A stretch of DNA of 64,000 bases from the human T2T-CHM13v2.0 reference genome, Homo sapiens: the NCBI GenBank assembly GCA_009914755.4, contig CP086569.2, positions 28,352,001 through 28,416,000 of the forward strand, read 5' to 3'. Below are positions 1-14,136 of this stretch, piece by piece; positions within the stretch are counted from its first letter, which is position 1, and each line of letters begins with the position of its first letter. Below the pieces are notes generated by a model. That model saw nothing but the letters and a program-made list of their open reading frames with translations. It did no database searches and had not been told where the DNA came from. The position numbers were made by a program, and so were the translations under genes.

Positions 1-3000
1 AATCGAATGGAAAGTAATCCAATGGAATAGAATCTAATGCAATAAAATCGACTCAGATAGAGTAGAATGTAATGGAATGGAGTGCAGTGCAATGGAATGG
101 AATGGAATGGAATGCAATGGAATGGAATGGAATGGGATGGAATGGTATGGAATGGATAGTAATGGACTGGAGTGAAATGGACTGGAAAGGAATGGACTCA
201 AATTGAAAGGGCTCGAAAGGAATGGAGTCAAATGGAATGGTCTGGAATGGAATGAACACGAATGTAATGCAATCCAATAGAATGGAATCGAATGGCATGG
301 AATATAAAGAAATGGAATCGAAGAGAATGGAAACAAACGGAATGGAATTGAATGGAATGGAATTGAATGGAATGGGAACGAATGGAGTGAAATTGTATGC
401 AGTAGAAGAGAATAGAATGGAATGCAAGCGAAAGGAAAGGAATGGATTGGAATGGAATGGAATTCATTGGAATGGAAGGGAATGTAGTGTAATGGACAGG
501 CCTGGAATAAAGTGGAATGCTACGGTCTCGAATGGAATAAAAATGTATGGAATGGAATGCAATGAAACGGAATCGAATGTCATAGAATGTAATGGAATGC
601 AAAAAAATGGACTCCAAAATCATTGACTGGAAAGGCTGGGTGTCGAAAGGAATTGACTCCAATGGAATGGAATCGAATGGAATGGAAGTGAATAGAATTG
701 AAGTAAAACGAATGGAATGGAATTGATAGGAACGGAATGGAAAGGAATGAAATGATTTGGCATGGAATGGAATCGAATGGCATCGAATGGAATGGAATGG
801 AATGCAATGCAATGGAATGTATTAGAATGTAATGAACTTTAATGGAATGTACTCGAATGGATTCGACTGGAATGGAATGTTCTGGAAGTGAATGGACTCC
901 AATGGAATGGATTGAAAAGGAATGGAATCGTACGGAATGGAATCTAATGGAATGGAATTAAATGGAAATGAATGAAATTGAATAGCACGGAATTGAATTG
1001 AATGGAATCGAATGCAATGGAATCTAATGAAACGGAAAGGAAAGGAATGGAATGGAATGGAATGGGCTGGAATGGAAAGGAATCGAAACGAATGGAATGG
1101 AATCGAACTGAAGAGACTGGAATGGAATGCAGTGGAATGGAAGGGAGTGTAATGGAAGGTTCTCGAAAAAAATGGAATCGAATGGAATGGAATTGAATGG
1201 AACGGAATAGAGTCGAATGGAATTGAATGGAATGGAATGGAGTAGAGAGAAATGGAATCGAACCACAAGGAATGGACAGGAATAGAATGGTCTCGAATTG
1301 AATGGAATCGTATGGAATGGCATCAAACGGAATGGAATGGACAGCCACGGAATGGAATGCACTCGAATACAATGGAGTCGAAACTAATGGACTGGAATAG
1401 AATGGACTCGACTGGTACGGACTCCAATGGAATGGAATCGAATGGAAGGGAATCGAACGGAATGGACTCGAAGGGAAAGGACTGCAATGGAAAGGTCTCG
1501 AATGGAATGGAAATTAATGGAATGGAATGGAATCGAATGAAATGGAGTCAAAAGGAATGGAATCGAATGGCAAGAAATCGAATGTAATGGAATCGCAAGG
1601 AATTGATGTGAACGGAACGGAATGGAATGGAATCCAAAGAAATGGAATAGAATGGAATGGAATCGAATGGAAAGAACTCGAATGGAAATCACTCGAATAG
1701 AATGCAATTTAATAAAATAGGATCAAATGTAATGGAATGGAATGGAAAGGAATCGAAACGAAAGGAATGGAGACAGATGGAATGGAATGGAACAGAGAGC
1801 AATGGTATAGAATGGAATGGAATCATCTGGAATGGAATTGAATGGAATGGAATAATATGAAATGGAATGGAATGGAATGGAATGCCCTTGAATTAAATGG
1901 ACTGGAATGGAATGGACTCGAACAGAGTGGAATGGAAAGTGTTGAGATAGAATGGAATGGACTCCTTTGGAATGGTCTAGTATGCAATGCAATCGACTGG
2001 CAGGGAATCAAAAGGAATGTAATCGAATGGATTGGACTGGAATGCAATGGACTCGAATAGATTGGAAACGGAATGCAAAGGAATGGAATGGAATAGTATG
2101 GAATGGAATGGAAAGGAATGGAGTGGAATAGACTAGAGTGGAATGGAATGGACTCGAAAGCAATGGACTGGAATGGAACTTTCTTGAATGGACTGGAATC
2201 AAACGGAATGGAATGCAATGCAATCAAATGGCATGGAATAAAATAGAATGAAAGAGAATCAAATGGAATTGAATCGAATGCAATCGAATGGATTGGAAAG
2301 GAATAGAATGGAATGGAATGGAATTGACTCAAATGGAATGGACTAGAATGGAATGGATTCGAATGGAAGGCAAAGGAATGGAATCTATTGGAATGGACAG
2401 CAATGGAATGGAAAGGAAGGGATTGGAATGGACTCGAATGGAATGGACTGCAATAGAAAGGATTCGAATGGAATGAAAAAGAATTGAATGGAATAGAACA
2501 GAATGGAATCAAATCGAATGAAATGGAATGGAATAGAAAGGAATGGAATGAAATGGAATGGAAAGGATTCGAATGGAATGCAATCGAATGGAATGGAATC
2601 GAACGGAATGGAATAAAATGGAAGAAAACTGGCAAGAAATGGAATCGAAATGAATGGAGTGTTATGGAACGGACTCCAAAGGAATTGAATGTAATAGAAT
2701 GGAGTGGAGTGGACTCGAATATAATGGACTGGAATGGAATGAAATCACATGGAATGGGAACGAATGGAATGGAATGGAAAGGAATGGAATCGAATGGAAA
2801 GGAATCGAATGGAAGGGAATGAAATTGAATCAACAGGAATGGAAGGGAATAGAATAGACGGTAATGGAATGGACTCGAATAGAATGGACACGAATGCTCA
2901 AATTGAATGGACTCGAATGGAATGGAAACGAAAGGAATGTCATCGAATGGAATTGAATCGATTGGAATGAAATCGCATAGAATGGAGTGGAATCAAATGG

Positions 3001-3534
3001 AATTGAATCGAAAGGAAAGGAAGCGAATGGACTGAAATGAAATGGAATGGAATTGAATGGAAAGTAAAGCAATGGAATAGAATGGAACGAAATTTCACGG
3101 AATGGAATCAAACTGAATGGAATCAAATCAATGGAATATAATCAAATGGAATGGAAAGGAATTGAATGGAGTAGATGGGATTGGATGGGATTGGAATGAA
3201 ATGTACTGGAAAGGACTCGAATTTCATGAAACGGAATGGAATGAATTGGAACGGAATGGACTCGAATGGAATGGAATGTCATGGAATGGCATCAAATGGA
3301 ATGGCATCAAATGGAATGGAATCGAATGCAATGGAATGCTATGGAATGGAATGGAATGCATTGGAATGGAATGTCCTCTAATGGAATGGATTCGAGTGGA
3401 ATGGAATCGAATATAATGGAGTCGAATGAAATGGAATTGAAAGGAATGGGATCGAATACAATGGAATATACTGGAATGTAATGTAATGATCTCGAATGTA
3501 ATTGACTGGAATGGAATGTACATGAATGGAATGT
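1..3534 (+). repeat. HOR copy 1 (3534 bp; phase set arbitrarily at motif aatcgaatggaaagtaatccaatggaatagaatctaatgc)
   Basis: The anchor motif starts at 1 and recurs at 3535. Private variants of this copy include gaattgaagtaaaacg at ~686-701. Confidence 0.85.
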
Positions 3535-6500
3535 AATCGAATGGAAAGTAATCCAATGGAATAGAATCTAATGCAATAAAATCGACTCAGATAGAGTAGA
3601 ATGTAATGGAATGGAGTGTAGTGCAATGGAATGGAATGGAATGGAATGCAATGGAATGGAATGGAATGGGATGGAATGGTATGGAATGGATAGTAATGGA
3701 CTGGAGTGAAATGGACTGGAAAGGAATGAACTCAAATTGAAAGGGCTCGAAAGGAATGGAGTCAAATGGAATGGTCTGGAATGGAATGAACACGAATGTA
3801 ATGCAATCCAATGGAATGGAATCGAATGGCATGGAATATAAAGAAATGGAATCGAAGAGAATGGAAACAAACGGAATGGAATTGAATGGAATGGAATTGA
3901 ATGGAATGGGAACGAATGGAGTGAAATTGTATGCAGTAGAAGAGAATAGAATGGAATGCAAGCGATAGGAAAGGAATGGATTGGAATGGAATGGAATTCA
4001 TTGGAATGGAAGGGAATCTAGTGTAATGGACAAGCCTGGAATAAAGTGGAATGCTACGGTCTCGAATGGAATAAAAATGTATGGAATGGAATGCAATGAA
4101 ACGGAATCGAATGTCATAGAATGTAATGGAATGCAAAAATATGGACTCCAAAATCATTGACTGGAAAGGCTGGGTGTCGAAATGAATTGACTCCAATGGA
4201 ATGGAATCGAATGGAATGGAAGTGAATAGAATCGAACTAAATCGAATGGAATGGAATTGATAGGAACGGAATGGAAAGGAATGAAATGATTTGGCATGGA
4301 ATGGAATCGAATGGCATCGAATGGAATGGAATGGAATGCAATGCAATGGAATGTATTAGAATGTAATGAACTTTAATGGAATGTACTCGAATGGATTCGA
4401 CTGGAATGGAATGTTCTGGAAGTGAATGGACTCCAATGGAATGGATTGAAAAGGAATGGAATCGTACGGAATGGAATTAAATGGAAATGAATCAAATTGA
4501 ATAGCACGGAATTGAATTGAATGGAATCGAATGCAATGGAATCTAAAGAAACGCAAAGGAATGGAATGGAATGGAATGGAATGGGCTGGAATGGAAAGCA
4601 ATCGTAACGAATGGAATGGAATCGAACTGAAGAGACTGGAATGGAATGCACTGGAATGGAAGGGAGTGTAATGGAAGGTTCTCGAAAAAAATGGAATCGA
4701 ATGGAATGGAATTGAATGGAACGGAATAGAGTCGAATGGAATTGAATGGAATGGAATGGACTAGAGTGAAATGGAATCGAACCACAAGGAATGGACAGGA
4801 ATAGAATGGTCTCGAATTGAACGGAATCGTATGGAATGGCATCAAACGGAATGGAATGGACAGCCACGGAATGGAATGCACTCGAATGCAATGGAGTCGA
4901 AACTAATGGACTGGAATAGAATGGACTCGACTGGTACGGACTCCAATGGAATGGAATCGAATGGAAGGGAATCGAACGGAACGGACTCGAAGGGAAAAGA
5001 CTGCAATGGAAAGGTCTCGAATGGAATGGAAATTAATGGAATGGAATGGAATCGAATGAAATGGAGTCAAAAGGAATGGAATCCAATGGCAAGAAATCGA
5101 ATGTAATGGAATCGTAAGGAATGGATGTGAACGGAACGGAATGGAATGGAATCCAAAGGAATGGAATAGAATGGAATGGAATCGAATGGAAAGGACTCGA
5201 ATGGAAATCACTCGAATAGAATGCAATTTAATAAAATAGGATGAAATGTAATGGAATGGAATGGAAAGGAATCGAAACGAAAGGAATGGAGACAGATGGA
5301 ATGGAATGGAACAGAGAGCAATGGTATAGAATGGAATGGAATCATCTGGAATGGAATTGAATGGAATGGAATAATATGAAATGGAATGGAATGGAATGGA
5401 ATGCCCTTGAATTAAATGGACTGGAATGGAATGGACTCGAACAGAGTGGAATGGAAAGTGTTGAGATAGAATGGAATGGACTCGTTTGGAATGGTCTAGT
5501 ATGCAATGCAATCGACTGGCAGGGAATCAAAAGGAATGTAATCGAATGGATTGGACTGGAATGCAATGGACTCGAATAGATTGGAAACGGAATGCAAAGG
5601 AATGGAATGGAATAGTATGGAATGGAATGGAAAGGAAAGGAGTGGAATAGACTAGAGTGGAATGGAATGGACTCGAAAGCAATGGACTGGAATGGAACTT
5701 TCTTGAATGGACTGGAATCAAACGGAATGGAATGCAATGCAATCAAATGGCATGGAATAAAATAGAATGAAAGAGAATCAAATGGAATTGAATCGAATGG
5801 AATCGAATGGATTGGAAAGGAATAGAATGGAATGGAATGGAATTGACTCAAATGGAATGGACTAGAATGGAATGGATTCGAATGGAAGGCAAATGAATGG
5901 AATCTATTGGAATGGACTGCAATGGAATGGAATGGAAGGGATTGGAATGGACTCGAATGGAATGGACTGCAATAGAAAGGATTCGAAAGGAATGAAAAAG
6001 AATTGAATGGAATAGAACAGAATGGAATCAAATCGAATGAAATTGAATGGAATAGAAAGGAATGGAATGAAGTGGAATGGAAAGGATTCGAATGGAATGC
6101 AAACGAATGGAATGGAATCGAACGGAATGGAATAAAATGGAAGCAAACTGGCAAGAAATGGAATCGAAATGAATGGAGTGTTATGGAACGGACTCCAAAG
6201 GAATTGAATGTAATAGAATGGAGTGGAGTGGACTCGAATATAATGGACTGGAATGGAATGAAATCACATGGAATGGGAACGAATGGAATGGAATGGAAAG
6301 GAATGGAATCGAATGGAAAGGAATCGAATGGAAGGGAATGAAATTGAATCAACGGGAATGGAAGGGAATAGAATAGACGGTAATGGAATGGACTCGAATA
6401 GAATGGACACGAATGCTCAAATTGAATGGACTCGAATGGAATGGAAACGAAAGGAATGTCATCGAATGGAATTGAATCGATTGGAATGAAATCGCATAGA

Positions 6501-7053
6501 ATGGAGTGGAATCAAATGGAATTGAATCGAAAGGAAAGGAAGCGAATGGACTGAAATGAAATGGAATGGAATTGAATGGAAATTAATGCAATGGAATAGA
6601 ATGGAACGAAATTTCACGGAATGGAATCAAACTGAATGGAATCAAATCAATGGAATATAATCAACTGGAATGGAAAGGAATTGAATGGAGTAGATGGGAT
6701 TGGATGGGATTGGAATGAAATGTACTGGAAAGGACTCGAATTTCATGAAACGGAATGGAATGAATTGGAACGGAATGGACTCGAATGGAATGGAATGTCA
6801 TGGAATGGCATCAAATGGAATGGCATCAAATGGAATGGAATCGAATGCAATGGAATGCTATGGAATGGAATGGAATGCATTGGAATGGAATGTCCTCTAA
6901 TGGAATGGATTCGAGTGGAATGGATTCGAATATAATGGAGTCGAATGAAATGGAATTGAAAGGAATGGGATCGAATACAATGGAATATACTGGAATGTAA
7001 TGTAATGAACTCGAATGTAATTGACTGGAATGGAATGTACATGAATGGAATGT
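3535..7053 (+). repeat. HOR copy 2 (3519 bp)
   Basis: Anchor motif at 3535; next anchor at 7054. Carries a cluster of private SNVs (3966, 4018, 4033, 4140, 4183), including loss of the GGCC site. Confidence 0.85.
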
Positions 7054-10000
7054 AATCGAATGGAAAGTAATCCAATGGAATAGAATCTAATGCTATAAAA
7101 TCGACTCAGATAGAGTAGAATGTAATGGAATGGAGTGCAGTGCAATGGAATGGAATGGAATGGAATACAATGGAATGGAATGGAATGGAATGGAATGGGA
7201 TGGAATGGTATGGAATGGATAGTAATGGACTGGAGTGAAATGGACTGGAAAGGAATGGACTCAAATTGAAAGGGCTCGAAAGGAATGGAGTCAAATGGAA
7301 TGGTCTGGAATGGAATGAACACGAATGTAATGCAATCCAATAGAATGGAATCGAATGGCATGGAATATAAAGAAATGGAATCAAAGAGAATGGAAACAAA
7401 CGGAATGGAATTGAATGGAATGGAATTGAATGGAATGGGAACGAATGGAGTGAAATTGTATGCAGTAGAAGAGAATAGAATGGAATGCAAGCGAAAGGAA
7501 AGGAATGGATTGGAATGGAATGGAATTCATTGGAATGGAAGGGAATGTAGTGTAATGGACAGGCCTGGAATAAAGTGGAATGCTACGGTCTCGAATGGAA
7601 TAAAAATGTATGGAATGGAATGCAATGAAACGGAATCGAATGTCATAGAATGTAATGGAATGCAAAAAAATGGACTCCAAAATCATTGACTGGAAAGGCT
7701 GGGTGTCGAAAGGAATTGACTCCAATGGAATGGAATCGAATGGAATGGAAGTGAATAGAATCGAACTAAATCGAATGGAATGGAATTGATAGGAACGGAA
7801 TGGAAAGGAATGCAATGAATTGGCATGGAATGGAATCGAATGGCATCGAATGGAATGGAATGGAATGCAATGCAATGGAATGTATTAGAATGTAATGAAC
7901 TTTAATGGAATGTACTCGAATGGATTCGACTGGAATGGAATGTTCTGGAAGTGAATGGACTCCAATGGAATGAATTCAAAAGGAATGGAATCGTATGGAA
8001 TGGAATCTAATGGAATGGAATTAAATGGAAATGAATCAAATTGAATAACACAGAATTGAATTGAATGGAATCGAATGCAATGGAATCTAATGAAACGGAA
8101 AGGAATGGAATGGAATGGAATGGAATGGGCTGGAATGGAAAGGAATCGAAACGAATGGAATGGAATCGAACTGAAGAGACTGGAATGGAATGCACTGTAA
8201 TGGAAGGGAGTGTAATGGAAGGTTCTCGACAAAAATGGAATCGAATGGAATGGAATTGAATGGAACGGAATAGAGTCGAATGGAATTGAATGGAATGGAA
8301 TGGACTAGAGTGAAATGGAATCGAACCACAAGGAATGGACAGGAATAGAATGGTCTCGAATTGAATGGAATCGTATGGAATGGCATCAAACGGAATGGAA
8401 TGGGCAGCCACGGAATGGAATGCACTCGAATGCAATGGAGTCGAAACTAATGGACTGGAATAGCATGGACTCGACTGGTACGGACTCCAATGGAATGGAA
8501 TCGAATGGAAGGGAATCGAACGGAATGGACTCGAAGGGAAAAGACTGCAATGGAAAGGTCTCGAATGGAATGGAAATTAATGGAATGGAATGGAATCGAA
8601 TGAAATGGAGTCAAAAGGAATGGAATCGAATGGCAAGAAATCGAATGTAATGGAATCGCAAGGAATTGATGTGAACGGAACGGAATGGAATGGAATCCAA
8701 AGGAATGGAATAGAATGGAATGGAATCGAATGGCAAGGACTGGAATGGAAATCACTCGAATAGAATGCAATTTAATAAAATAGGATGAAATGTAATGGAA
8801 TGGAATGGAAAGGAATCGAAACGAAAGGAATGGAGACAGATGGAATGGAATGGAACAGAGAGCAATGGTATAGAATGGAATGGAATCATCTGGAATGGAA
8901 TTGAATGGAATGGAATAATATGAAATGGAATGGAATGGAATGGAATGCCCTTGAATTAAATGGACTGGAATGGAATGGACTCGAACAGAGTGGAATGGAA
9001 AGTGTTGAGATAGAATGGAATGGACTCGTTTGGAATGGTCTAGTATGCAATGCAATCGACTGACAGGGAACCAAAAGGAATGTAATCGAATGGATTGGAC
9101 TGGAATGCAATGGACTCGAATAGATTGGAAACGGAATGCAAAGGAATGGAATGGAATAGTATGGAATGGAATGGAAAGGAATGGAGTGGAATAGACTAGA
9201 GTGGAATGGAATGGACTCGAAAGCAATGGACTGGAATGGAACTTTCTTGAATGGACTGGAATCAAACGGAATGGAATGCAATGCAATCAAATGGCATGGA
9301 ATAAAATAGAATGAAAGAGAATCAAATGGAATTGAATCGAATGGAATCGAATGGATTGGAAAGGAATAGAATGGAATGGAATGGAATTGACTCAAATGGA
9401 ATGGACTAGAATGGAATGGATTCGAATGGAAGGCAAAGGAATGGAATCTATTGGAATGGACTGCAATGGAATGGAATGGAAGGGATTGGAATGGACTCGA
9501 ATGGAATGGACTGCAATAGAAAGGATTCGAATGGAATGAAAAAGAATTGAATGGAATAGAACAGAATGGAATCAAATCGAATGAAATGGAATGGAATAGA
9601 AAGGAATGGAATGAAATGGAATGGAAAGGATTCGAATGGAATGCAATCGAATGGAATGGAATCGAACGGAATGGAATAAAATGGAAGAAAACTGGTAAGA
9701 AATGGAATCGAAATGAATGGAGTGTTATGGAACGGACTTCAAAGGAATTGAATGTAATAGAATGGAGTGGAGTGGACTCGAATATAATGGACTGGAATGG
9801 AATGAAATCACATGGAATGGGAACGAATGGAATGGAATGGAAAGGAATGGAATCGAATGGAAAGGAATCGAATGGAAGGGAATGAAATTGAATCAACAGG
9901 AATGGAAGGGAATAGAATAGACGGTAATGGAATGGACTCGAATAGAATGGACACGAATGCTCAAATTGAATGGACTCGAATGGAATGGAAACGAAAGGAA

Positions 10001-10597
10001 TGTCATCGAATGGAATTGAATCGATTGGAATGAAATCGCATAGAATGGAGTGGAATCAAATGGAATTGAATCGAAAGGAAAGGAAGCGAATGGACTGAAA
10101 TGAAATGGAATGGAATTGAATGGAAAGTAAAGCAATGGAATAGAATGGAACGAAATTTCACGGAATGGAATCAAACTGAATGGAATCAAATCAATGGAAT
10201 ATAATCAAATGGAATGGAAAGGAATTGAATGGAGTAGATGGGATTGGATGGGATTGGAATGAAATGTACTGGAAAGGACTCGAATTTCATGAAACGGAAT
10301 GGAATGAATTGGAATGGAATTCACTCGAATGGAATGGAATGTCATGGAATGGCATCAAATGGAATGGCATCAAATGGAATGGAATCGAATGCAATGGAAT
10401 GCTATGGAATGGAATGGAATGCATTGGAATGGAATGTCCTCTAATGGAATGGATTCGAGTGGAATGGAATCGAATATAATGGAGTCGAATGAAATGGAAT
10501 TGAAAGGAATGGGATCGAATACAATGGAATATACTGGAATGTAATGTAATGAACTCGAATGTAATTGACTGGAATGGAATGTACATGAATGGAATGT
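7054..10597 (+). repeat. HOR copy 3 (3544 bp)
   Basis: Anchor motif at 7054 (variant tgctataaaatcg). Identical to copy 5 at an offset of 7083 bp. Confidence 0.85.
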
Positions 10598-13500
10598 AAT
10601 CGAATGGAAAGTAATCCAATGGAATAGAATCTAATGCAATAAAATCGACTCAGATAGAGTAGAATGTAATGGAATGGAGTGCAGTGCAATGGAATGGAAT
10701 GGAATGGAATGGAATGCAATGGAATGGAATGGAATGGAATGGAATGGAATGGGATGGAATGGTATGGAATGGATAGTAATGGACTGGAGTGAAATGGACT
10801 GGAAAGGAATGGACTCAAATTGAAAGGGCTCGAAAGGAATGGAGTCAAATGGAATGGTCTGGAATGGAATGAACACGAATGTAATGCAATCCAATAGAAT
10901 GGAATCGAATGGCATGGAATATAAAGAAATGGAATCGAAGAGAATGGAAACAAACGGAATGGAATTGAATGGAATGGAATTGAATGGAATGGGAACGAAT
11001 GGAGTGAAATTGTATGCAGTAGAAGAGAATAGAATGGAATGCAAGCGAAAGGAAAGGAATGGATTGGAATGGAATGGAATTCATTGGAATGGAAGGGAAT
11101 GTAGTGTAATGGACAGGCCTGGAATAAAGTGGAATGCTACGGTCTCGAATGGAATAAAAATGTATGGAATGGAATGCAAAGAAACGGAATCGAATGTCAT
11201 AGAATGTAATGGAATGCAAAAAAATGGACTCCAAAATCATTGACTGGAAAGGCTGGGTGTCGAAAGGAATTGACTCCAATGGAATGGAATCGAATGGAAT
11301 GGAAGTGAATAGAATCGAACTAAATCGAATGGAATGGAATTGATAGGAACGGAATGGAAAGGAATGAAATGATTTGGCATGGAATGGAATCGAATGGCAT
11401 CGAATGGAATGGAATGGAATGCAATGCAATGGAATGTATTAGAATGTAATGAACTTTAATGGAATGTACTCGAATGGATTCGACTGGAATGGAATGTTCT
11501 GGAAGTGAATGGACTCCAATGGAATGGATTGAAAAGGAATGGAATCGTACGGAATGGAATCTAATGGAATGGAATTAAATGGAAATGAATCAAATTGAAT
11601 AGCACGGAATTGAATTGAATGGAATCGAATGCAATGGAATCTAATGAAACGGAAAGGAATGGAATGGAATGGAATGGAATGGGCTGGAATGGAAAGGAAT
11701 CGAAACGAGTGGAATGGAATCGAACTGAAGAGACTGGAATGGAATGCACTGGAATGGAAGGGAGTGTAATGGAAGGTTCTCGAAAAAAATGGAATCGAAT
11801 GGAATGGAATTGAATGGAACGGAATAGAGTCGAATGGAACTGAATGGAATGGAATGGACTAGAGTGAAATGGAATCGAACCACAAGGAATGGACAGGAAT
11901 AGAATGGTCTCGAATTGAACGGAATCGTATGGAATGGCATCAAACGGAATGGAATGGACAGCCACGGAATGGAATGCACTCGAATGCAATGGAGTCGAAA
12001 CTAATGGACTGGAATAGAATGGACTCGACTGGTACGGACTCCAATGGAATGGAATCGAATGGAAGGGAATCGAACGGAACGGACTCGAAGGGAAAAGACT
12101 GCAATGGAAAGGTCTCGAATGGAATGGAAATTAATGGAATGGAATGGAATCGAATGAAATGGAGTCAAAAGGAATGGAATCCAATGGCAAGAAATCGAAT
12201 GTAATGGAATCGTAAGGAATGGATGTGAACGGAACGGAATGGAATGGAATCCAAAGGAATGGAATAGAATGGAATGGAATCGAATGGAAAGGACTCGAAT
12301 GGAAATCACTCGAATAGAATGCAATTTAATAAAATAGGATGAAATGTAATGGAATGGAATGGAAAGGAATCGAAACGAAAGGAATGGAGACAGATGGAAT
12401 GGAATGGAACAGAGAGCAATGGTATAGAATGGAATGGAATCATCTGGAATGGAATTGAATGGAATGGAATAATATGAAATGGAATGGAATGGAATGGAAT
12501 GCCCTTGAATTAAATGGACTGGAATGGAATGGACTCGAACAGAGTGGAATGGAAAGTGTTGAGATAGAATGGAATGGACTCGTTTGGAATGGTCTAGTAT
12601 GCAATGCAATCGACTGGCAGGGAATCAAAAGGAATGTAATCGAATGGATTGGACTGGAATGCAATGGACTCGAATAGATTGGAAACGGAATGCAAAGGAA
12701 TGGAATGGAATAGTATGGAATGGAATGGAAAGGAAAGGAGTGGAATAGACTAGAGTGGAATGGAATGGACTCGAAAGCAATGGACTGGAATGGAACTTTC
12801 TTGAATGGACTGGAATCAAACGGAATGGAATGCAATGCAATCAAATGGCATGGAATAAAATAGAATGAAAGAGAATCAAATGGAATTGAATCGAATGGAA
12901 TCGAATGGATTGGAAAGGAATAGAATGGAATGGAATGGAATTGACTCAAATGGAATGGACTAGAATGGAATGGATTCGAATGGAAGGCAAATGAATGGAA
13001 TCTATTGGAATGGACTGCAATGGAATGGAATGGAAGGGATTGGAATGGACTCGAATGGAATGGACTGCAATAGAAAGGATTCGAAAGGAATGAAAAAGAA
13101 TTGAATGGAATAGAACAGAATGGAATCAAATCGAATGAAATTGAATGGAATAGAAAGGAATGGAATGAAGTGGAATGGAAAGGATTCGAACGGAATGCAA
13201 ACGAATGGAATGGAATCGAACGGAATGGAATAAAATGGAAGCAAACTGGCAAGAAATGGAATCGAAATGAATGGAGTGTTATGGAACGGACTCCAAAGGA
13301 ATTGAATGTAATAGAATGGAGTGGAGTGGACTCGAATATAATGGACTGGAATGGAATGAAATCACATGGAATGGGAACGAATGGAATGGAATGGAAAGGA
13401 ATGGAATCGAATGGAAAGGAATCGAATGGAAGGGAATGAAATTGAATCAACGGGAATGGAAGGGAATAGAATAGACGGTAATGGAATGGACTCGAATAGA

Positions 13501-14136
13501 ATGGACACGAATGCTCAAATTGAATGGACTCGAATGGAATGGAAACGAAAGGAATGTCATCGAATGGAATTGAATCGATTGGAATGAAATCGCATAGAAT
13601 GGAGTGGAATCAAATGGAATTGAATCGAAAGGAAAGGAAGCGAATGGACTGAAATGAAATGGAATGGAATTGAATGGAAATTAATGCAATGGAATAGAAT
13701 GGAACGAAATTTCACGGAATGGAATCAAACTGAATGGAATCAAATCAATGGAATATAATCAACTGGAATGGAAAGGAATTGAATGGAGTAGATGGGATTG
13801 GATGGGATTGGAATGAAATGTACTGGAAAGGACTCGAATTTCATGAAACGGAATGGAATGAATTGGAACGGAATGGACTCGAATGGAATGGAATGTCATG
13901 GAATGGCATCAAATGGAATGGAATCGAATGCAATGGAATGCTATGGAATGGAATGGAATGCATTGGAATGGAATGTCCTCTAATGGAATGGATTCGAGTG
14001 GAATGGATTCGAATATAATGGAGTCGAATGAAATGGAATTGAAAGGAATGGGATCGAATACAATGGAATATACTGGAATGTAATGTAATGAACTCGAATG
14101 TAATTGACTGGAATGGAATGTACATGAATGGAATGT
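10598..14136 (+). repeat. HOR copy 4 (3539 bp)
   Basis: Anchor motif at 10598. Its 5' part is identical to copy 6; its 3' part is nearly identical to copy 2. Confidence 0.85.

Noticed and set aside
455-475. GAATTC within ggaattcattggaatgg as a possible heat-shock element (alternating nGAAn/nTTCn)
   Set aside because: The spacing does not fit the nGAAnnTTCnnGAAn consensus; the middle pentamer is TCATT, not nTTCn. Any HSF1 association of HSat3 is literature knowledge about other arrays and cannot be read from this motif.
1261-1275. The motif cgaaccacaaggaatgg as the canonical satellite-III 10-mer (CAACCCGAGT-like)
   Set aside because: It is only a partial resemblance and occurs once per unit. 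The array is better described simply as a diverged GGAAT HOR. Subfamily assignment needs a database comparison that I cannot run.
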